DNA of 47,977 bases. Source: a virus. Location: the IMG/VR virus record IMGVR_UViG_3300031555_001743; one strand, 5' to 3'. The translations under genes and the position numbers were made by a program. Below, one piece after another: positions 23,320 through 29,048 of this stretch. The first letter of the stretch is position 1; the number at the start of each line of letters is the position of its first letter. Below the pieces are notes generated by a model. The model ran no database searches. It was given only the letters and a program-made list of their open reading frames with translations, and was not told the DNA's origin.

Positions 23320-23321
23320 AG

Positions 23322-23555
23322 TTATCTTCTGAACATCCTCTGCATCATCTGCTGAGCCATAGTCAAGCGGCTCTGAGGTATACGGCCTGACTGTATAAGA
23401 TGCTGTATAATGCCCTGTGGGTTATTCTCCATGCCATCAGGGATAGATACACCTTGCTGTCTCAGAAGGTTCAAAGCCTGCTCCTTCGGGTTCTGTGGCT
23501 GTTGTGCAGGCTGTTGTTTGCTTAATCGCTGAAACATATCACTCATTGATATCAT
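23322..23555 (-). CDS. Gln-rich small protein (77 aa)
   Basis: QQPAQQPQNPKEQALNLLRQQG ... MAQQMMQRMFRR. Confidence 0.6.
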   Translation of the reverse strand: MISMSDMFQRLSKQQPAQQPQNPKEQALNLLRQQGVSIPDGMENNPQGIIQHLIQSGRIPQSRLTMAQQMMQRMFRR

Positions 23556-23940
23556 CCTCTCTCTTGATTATCGGCTGTATATTCAACTGCGAAAGTCTTT
23601 GTTCAAGCTTATCCCACGTTACAAATTCATCGTAATTTACTTTCTTTTCCTTTGCTTCTGGTGGCTCTTTAACAAATACATCAAGGTTCATTTGGTTATT
23701 TGCATAAACAGTTTTTATAAATATTTTGTCTTCTGTCTTATTTATCATCATCTGTGTGCCGCCAGTTTGAACAGGAAAGCTTTCCGCTTCGGCACGATCT
23801 CCGCTGATTTGAACAATTTCAGCGTGTATTGTCGGCTGAGAAAAATTTTGTGTTTGCGCCGAATTTTGATAATTCAGCATAGTCTGCTGATACTGCGGCA
23901 TATTGTATGTGTTATAGTTCGGTATATATCCATATGGCAT
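23539..23940 (-). CDS. protein with Y/N/Q-rich low-complexity N-terminus (133 aa)
   Basis: MPYGYIPNYNTYNMPQYQQTMLNYQNSAQTQNF followed by a small beta-rich domain. Confidence 0.6.
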   Translation of the reverse strand: MPYGYIPNYNTYNMPQYQQTMLNYQNSAQTQNFSQPTIHAEIVQISGDRAEAESFPVQTGGTQMMINKTEDKIFIKTVYANNQMNLDVFVKEPPEAKEKKVNYDEFVTWDKLEQRLSQLNIQPIIKREDDINE

Positions 23941-23944
23941 AATA

Positions 23945-24307
23945 TCACTCCCTCACAAAGTAGTATGATACGATCTCATCCGATGAATCCCAATTGTCCA
24001 GAAGTACGCCATCACGCACAACTGCAACGTGCGAGTCTGTCGCAACGATATACAAGCCGTCAGGATGCGTTGTAGTGAATTCTTCAAAGGTCATAGTATC
24101 AAGTATAGGGTATTTTTTAAAGCCCTTAGACTGCAAATATGCGCCCCATACGCTGTTCGATGAAGGCAAGTCGCATTGACATAAACCTTCTATGCATAAA
24201 TCTATATATGTTCGTTCCCATTGCTGATTAAGCGCAAGAGACAAAGCACGGACAACACAGTCACCGAGCCGCTTCTTGCAAGGATTGACATTCACAAATT
24301 CGTACAT
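23945..24307 (-). CDS. putative papain-fold cysteine peptidase-like protein (120 aa)
   Basis: GDCVVRAL (Cys) ... SHVAVVRDGVLLDNWD (His, Asp) occur in the order expected for a Cys-His-Asp triad. Confidence 0.35.
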   Translation of the reverse strand: MYEFVNVNPCKKRLGDCVVRALSLALNQQWERTYIDLCIEGLCQCDLPSSNSVWGAYLQSKGFKKYPILDTMTFEEFTTTHPDGLYIVATDSHVAVVRDGVLLDNWDSSDEIVSYYFVRE

Positions 24308-24337
24308 TTAAATCACCATCTTTATGATAAAACAAAA

Positions 24338-24369
24338 AAGGCTCTCTAACAATAGCGTTAGAAAGCCTT
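24338..24369 (-). terminator. bidirectional rho-independent terminator ending the late operon
   Basis: AAGGCTCTCTAAC-N6-GTTAGAAAGCCTT (one mismatch), flanked by an A-run and a T-run. The minus-strand reading is followed by TTTTTTGTTTT. Confidence 0.65.
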
Positions 24370-24394
24370 TTTCTTGTCATTATATAGCCATTTT

Positions 24395-24622
24395 TCAGCC
24401 TATAGCCTGCCATTCAGAACAGAGCTGATACAGCATAGCCGTGTATTTGTTTGTAATGCGGTATATCTGTTTCACCGACAGTTCAAATTCTTCGGCTATT
24501 CTCTCATGGGTTATCCCATCAAGAAGCCGCCGTTTCATGATTTTTCGATCACGCTCATTTTTTATCCATTCATCTATCAGTATTGATAAATCCGTATTAG
24601 AAATATTGTTGAATCTGTACAT
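24395..24622 (-). CDS. sigma-70 region-4-like HTH protein (75 aa)
   Basis: ERDRKIMKRRLLDGITHERIAEEFELSVKQIYRI resembles region 4.2 of ECF/sigma-like phage regulators. Confidence 0.5.
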   Translation of the reverse strand: MYRFNNISNTDLSILIDEWIKNERDRKIMKRRLLDGITHERIAEEFELSVKQIYRITNKYTAMLYQLCSEWQAIG

Positions 24623-24650
24623 AATATCTTAGTCCGTTGAAGTAGTGGGT

Positions 24651-25373
24651 TTATATCTTTTCCAGTGTTACTTTGTAAATTGTACCGTCTGACAGCTTTA
24701 ATTCTCCTGTCAGTCCGTCAAGTTCTTCGGGCTGTGTGGGAGCAGGCTGTTTTTCATAGCCGTTCAGCCCTGCGGATTTAATCAGTGCAGGATAATCAAC
24801 ATAACATTCATCAAGGTCAACATTTCCGTTTATGCCTGATACCTTACCTGTTGCCGAATACTGCCACATACCATAATCACCGCTGTATGACGGTTTAGAT
24901 ACGCCGTAATGAGCTACCCATATAGCATATCTCTGCTGTACTTCTGCGCTAACATAAGACTTAAGAGGAGAAGCTGACATATATATGCCCGTCCAGTATC
25001 CTGCTTTTTCCAGTTCATCGCAGAAAGCTTTGATAATGCGTGATACTTTTTCTTTTCCGAGAGAAAACTGTGAATTTTCCTCAACGTCGAAGTAAATAGG
25101 ATATTCAAACTGCTTACCCTTGATAACTTCAAGACACACTTTTGCTTCCTGCCTTGCAACATCTTCGGTTGTTGCATATGAATACCAATATACGCCACAA
25201 GGCATACCACAAGCCTTACAACCCTTATAATTGTTGTCAAACTGCTTGTCCTTCTGAGATATCGCTCTGCCGTATCCTGCTCTCAGTATAGCATACTGTA
25301 TACCGTCAGCCTTTACCTTCTGCCAGTTGATAACGCCCTGATGTTCAGATACGTCAATTCCTTTAATTGTCAT
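24651..25373 (-). CDS. endolysin, GH25 muramidase with C-terminal binding domain
   Basis: IKGIDVSEHQGVINWQKVKADGIQYAILRAGYG is the GH25 signature. Confidence 0.85.
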   Translation of the reverse strand: MTIKGIDVSEHQGVINWQKVKADGIQYAILRAGYGRAISQKDKQFDNNYKGCKACGMPCGVYWYSYATTEDVARQEAKVCLEVIKGKQFEYPIYFDVEENSQFSLGKEKVSRIIKAFCDELEKAGYWTGIYMSASPLKSYVSAEVQQRYAIWVAHYGVSKPSYSGDYGMWQYSATGKVSGINGNVDLDECYVDYPALIKSAGLNGYEKQPAPTQPEELDGLTGELKLSDGTIYKVTLEKI

Positions 25374-25408
25374 AAAATCACTCCTTTTCGTTTGTTAAAA
25401 TTACCTTT

Positions 25409-26428
25409 TTATGGTTTTAATGATGTTTTAGGGAAGATTTTCTTGTTGATGGGGAGGTAATATTGGGTTGAACCTGAACTGTAATAAATATTCTCACCGT
25501 CAGTCCATACATCGTTACCCCAAAAATTAGTTAGTCCATTCCACGTTTTATCATTCCATGTTGAAGTTGATTTATCAAGGATATAATGACTTGTACCATT
25601 ACTATAATAAATGTTATCTCCGTCAGTCCAGATTTTCCCCCCTGTAAAATTTATTGTTCCAGATATCCCAGTCCACGCCTTATTATTCCATGTAGAAGTG
25701 GATTTATCAAGAACGTATTGATTGGCATTATTACTAAAATAAATATTATCTCCATCAGTCCAGATATAATTTGAAGAAAAGTTCGTCAGTCCATGCCATG
25801 TTTTAGCAGACCAAGTTGATGTTGATTTGTCAAGGACACATTGATTTCCACTAAAACTATAATAAATATTCTCACCGTCAGTCCATACATCGTTACCCCA
25901 AAAATTAGTTAGTCCATTCCACGTTTTATCATTCCATGTTGAAGTTGATTTGTCGAGTACCTTTGATTCATTATAATTTAGTTCGTTAAGATATATGTTT
26001 TCGCCATCCGACCAAACATATCTGCCATCAAAACGATTAATGCCGTTCCATTTCTTTATAAACCACGTTGAAGTGGATTTATCCAGAACATAATGTGAAG
26101 TATTATTGCTGTAATAAATGTTTTCACCATCAGTCCAAATGTTATCATTGTGTAAATCTATATTTCCGTTCCAAGTTTTAGCAAACCATTCATTTCCAAT
26201 TTCTTCAACAGCATTTAACCTATACGTAGAAATAGTTGGATAAAAACCGCCAGTTTTAACTGGAAGCTGAGCTATAACTCTCTTATATCCATCGGCGTTA
26301 TCATCTGAAGCATTATAAGTTCCGTTTTCAGTAATGGTCTTATTTTTCAGCACTGGTTCAGGTGCAGGTTCACCGCCACCATCAGAACCGCACATCTTTG
26401 AAGCTTTGAGTAATTCGTATAACTCCAT
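25409..26428 (-). CDS. six-repeat (beta-propeller-like) putative receptor-binding protein
   Basis: Six units of about 42 aa: W-x-x-K-x-W-x-G ... W-T-D-G-(E/D)-N-I-Y-Y-S ... VLDKSTST. N-terminus ITENGTYNASDDNADGY is like tail-fibre shafts. Confidence 0.55.
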   Translation of the reverse strand: MELYELLKASKMCGSDGGGEPAPEPVLKNKTITENGTYNASDDNADGYKRVIAQLPVKTGGFYPTISTYRLNAVEEIGNEWFAKTWNGNIDLHNDNIWTDGENIYYSNNTSHYVLDKSTSTWFIKKWNGINRFDGRYVWSDGENIYLNELNYNESKVLDKSTSTWNDKTWNGLTNFWGNDVWTDGENIYYSFSGNQCVLDKSTSTWSAKTWHGLTNFSSNYIWTDGDNIYFSNNANQYVLDKSTSTWNNKAWTGISGTINFTGGKIWTDGDNIYYSNGTSHYILDKSTSTWNDKTWNGLTNFWGNDVWTDGENIYYSSGSTQYYLPINKKIFPKTSLKP

Positions 26429-26440
26429 AGTATCACCCCA

Positions 26441-27070
26441 TTACTTCTTTTCTTCTTCCTTTTTGGAATTGATGAATTTTGCAAATGGTGTGTTTGATAA
26501 GTCTATTTTGTTTCCACTTTTACTTCTGTTATTCGGAAGTTGTCCGTATTCAGCAAACCCAGCATATACGTTATCGTCTGATGTGATTACATATGATACT
26601 GATACTAATTTTCCATCATATTCAAAGGGGTCAGCTCCTAAAACTATACATCCGTTTCCGTCAAAAAGACTATCATTAAATCCACCTCTAACAGTAGATG
26701 TATAAACATCATCTAAGACCAAAGTTGATTCTCCGCTAATAAATTTTCCACTATCTAAAGCAGCTTTAATTTCATCATATGTCTTACTTATTTCACATTC
26801 GTAAGTTTGTGCACTATAAATAATATCAACCTCAAAATATTCCACTGTGCCACTACCTCCTCCACTATTCTGCTTTTTCCATGTTCCGTCTGAGCCTAAT
26901 CCGTAAAAGTCACCTGTGCTGACGTCCCATGCAATACTGCCCATAGTAAAATGATAGTTTTGGAAGCCCTCAACAGTCAGTTCAGCTGCTGAATCAATTG
27001 CAATTTCAGCTCTGATATGGTGTTTACCACTTTTGATTCCCTCTGATACACTTGAAAGAATTTTAATCAT
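26441..27070 (-). CDS. hypothetical fibre-associated protein (209 aa)
   Basis: ORF in series; the GSIAWDVSTGDFYGLGSDGTWKKQ segment resembles tail-fibre C-terminal motifs. Confidence 0.5.
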   Translation of the reverse strand: MIKILSSVSEGIKSGKHHIRAEIAIDSAAELTVEGFQNYHFTMGSIAWDVSTGDFYGLGSDGTWKKQNSGGGSGTVEYFEVDIIYSAQTYECEISKTYDEIKAALDSGKFISGESTLVLDDVYTSTVRGGFNDSLFDGNGCIVLGADPFEYDGKLVSVSYVITSDDNVYAGFAEYGQLPNNRSKSGNKIDLSNTPFAKFINSKKEEEKK

Positions 27071-27089
27071 AATAGATCACTCCTTATCA

Positions 27090-27329
27090 TTATTCGTCTA
27101 TCAAACCGCTCACTGTGTGCGTATAATCAACTACGTTCTGCGGTTCAATTCTTCTTTTTATGCGTATTTTCTCAACGGATTCCAGATGAATTTCAAAGTC
27201 AACATTATCTCCGCTGAGTGTTATTTTCAGCAATACTACTTTTTGTGAAACATACATATTGCTGATATAATCCTGATATGATCTGACTTCTTCTGCGGTC
27301 AGCTTGCCGCCTTCAACTATCACTGTCAC
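27090..27329 (-). CDS. hypothetical protein (79 aa)
   Basis: Start set at GTG 27329 behind an AGAGGGAGTG SD, just after the holin stop. Confidence 0.5.
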   Translation of the reverse strand: MTVIVEGGKLTAEEVRSYQDYISNMYVSQKVVLLKITLSGDNVDFEIHLESVEKIRIKRRIEPQNVVDYTHTVSGLIDE

Positions 27330-27333
27330 AGTA

Positions 27334-27525
27334 TCACTCCCTCTTATTCTTCTCATGCTGTGTTCCGAAGTAAAACCCGATAATCATAGTATAAATAGTC
27401 ATAAAGATTTGCGGCTCTATCTTCTCACACACTGAAAGATATACAAAAGCGGCTGTTAAAGCGAATGTAACGATTGTTTTCACATCAATTAACTTAGCTA
27501 TGCGTTCTCGTATTTTCACGTTCAC
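27334..27525 (-). CDS. holin (class II, two TM helices)
   Basis: 63 aa with TM1 IVTFALTAAFVYLSV, TM2 IFMTIYTMIIGFYFG and a charged tail TQHEKNKRE. Confidence 0.6.
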   Translation of the reverse strand: MNVKIRERIAKLIDVKTIVTFALTAAFVYLSVCEKIEPQIFMTIYTMIIGFYFGTQHEKNKRE

Positions 27526-27763
27526 ATACCTCCAATCGCCTTGTGACGTCTTTTATCTGCTCTTCTACTACAGGCATTCTTCGGGCAAAGTTGTTGTGCT
27601 CCCTGACTTCTGAGGTTAGGGAATCAAGCTTTGTCTCAAATACAGCCTGCTGTGTTTCAAGTTTGTGCTGTATCTCCCTGTTGCTAACTTTGGTATTGAT
27701 TATCACAGTTACTATAGTCACTAACCCAGTTATGATTGATACAATTACACTGCTATCCATCAT
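27494..27763 (-). CDS. XhlA/BhlA-like membrane coiled-coil lysis-associated protein
   Basis: N-terminal TM VIVSIITGLVTIVTVII, then a coiled coil. Start set at ATG 27763 behind a GAGGGTGAG SD. Confidence 0.45.
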   Translation of the reverse strand: MMDSSVIVSIITGLVTIVTVIINTKVSNREIQHKLETQQAVFETKLDSLTSEVREHNNFARRMPVVEEQIKDVTRRLEVCERENTRTHS

Positions 27764-28178
27764 TCTCACCCTCGCTTTCTTCTGGTTCTTCATCTTCGTA
27801 ATACTCGACTATTGTTCCCGGTGGAAATGACGTTGCATAGTAATGGCAATCAGAAGCAATAGTCACATGATTTATGCTTGTGTTGTAAAAGGCATATCTG
27901 CCTATAGACTTGACTGTGCTCGGTATCGACACGTTTATAAGTGTAGGCTGATTTGCAAACGCTCCAAGATATATCGGATCTGGCATTGACTTTGTTTGCA
28001 GGCCGTTATCCCCGATAACCCATGCTTTATTCTGCACAGGTGGATTCTTATGAAAGCCCGTAGCAGGACCGTTCTCCGTCATGCGCCATAGAGCAGGGGC
28101 AAGGGGATAAGAGGGAAATGATATCGCTTCTGGCTGTTCTGGTGTACATAATACGTCATTGTCAATTATCCATGCCAT
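27753..28178 (-). CDS. small BspA-type LRR-like tail protein with acidic tail (141 aa)
   Basis: VSIPSTVKSIGRYAFYNTSINHVTI resembles an LRR_5 repeat. Ends YYEDEEPEESEGENDG. Confidence 0.4.
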   Translation of the reverse strand: MAWIIDNDVLCTPEQPEAISFPSYPLAPALWRMTENGPATGFHKNPPVQNKAWVIGDNGLQTKSMPDPIYLGAFANQPTLINVSIPSTVKSIGRYAFYNTSINHVTIASDCHYYATSFPPGTIVEYYEDEEPEESEGENDG

Positions 28179-29048
28179 TTACTCACCGCCCTGCTGTACT
28201 TCCTCTTCTTCTGGTTCTTCCTCGACTTCTACATGGAATCCGATACCTTCAAGGTACGATGCATCAAGCATCTGAGCTGATGTAACGCCTGTAAAGCCTG
28301 ATGGTACACTTAAACCGCTTGCAAGCTTGTCGGTGTTTATCAGGCAAACCGTGCCGCTTGAATTGGTGTAGGTTGTTATTGTATCGATATCTGCATCAAT
28401 AACATTCTGTCCACCGCCGTTAAGTGTTAGCTTTCCCCACGGTATACCACCTATGAACTTACAATCATTTGCTCTTATTGTCTGTGTGCTTGTTGATGTG
28501 CTTGTACCATCGAAGTTAAACACGCTATGATACGCATATACTGCTGCGATTGAAAATAAGGCTGTACCTGTGAATTTCAACGAAAATGAACATCCCTCAG
28601 GGTCATTTTGTCCGAGAGCACCTGTCTTAAAAGTGTTGCTGCCACTATATACCTGTATGAAATTGCCGTTTTCGATAATTCCCGAAAAATCGCAGTTCCA
28701 CCACTCAAAATCACGCATATTCCATACACTTGACGAGGATGAAGTTTTTGCGATATCGAGAAAATTCATGTTTTTAAGCACCTTTGTTCCTGAGCCTGCT
28801 GCCTGAAAAAAGTGATTTGCCGAGCCGAATAGTCCTTTTATTGTAAGTCCTTTACCGTCAACGCTCGTCGCATTCCATGATACAGTTGAGGATAATCCGC
28901 TCGGAACTTCATTCGGAAAGTTCCATACAGATATCTGTGAAGTATCTACTTCAACATACACGCCAGACTGCGATACCGCAGTAATAAGGTCAGCCCATGT
29001 ATCGACAACGAATGGGTCTTGCTCTGTTCCTGTACCTGTTGTACTCAT
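28179..29048 (-). CDS. tail fibre / beta-helix-like protein with acidic tail (289 aa)
   Basis: N-terminal GTEQDPFVVDTWADL; repetitive N/S/G-rich body; ends VEEEPEEEEVQQGGE. Confidence 0.45.
   Translation of the reverse strand: MSTTGTGTEQDPFVVDTWADLITAVSQSGVYVEVDTSQISVWNFPNEVPSGLSSTVSWNATSVDGKGLTIKGLFGSANHFFQAAGSGTKVLKNMNFLDIAKTSSSSSVWNMRDFEWWNCDFSGIIENGNFIQVYSGSNTFKTGALGQNDPEGCSFSLKFTGTALFSIAAVYAYHSVFNFDGTSTSTSTQTIRANDCKFIGGIPWGKLTLNGGGQNVIDADIDTITTYTNSSGTVCLINTDKLASGLSVPSGFTGVTSAQMLDASYLEGIGFHVEVEEEPEEEEVQQGGE

Noticed and set aside
25482-25951. 92-bp exact repeat pair as DGR template/variable repeats or a CRISPR-like repeat
   Set aside because: No reverse transcriptase is present in the genome. 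The copies are identical rather than A-mutated, and both lie in frame within a protein built from six homologous units.
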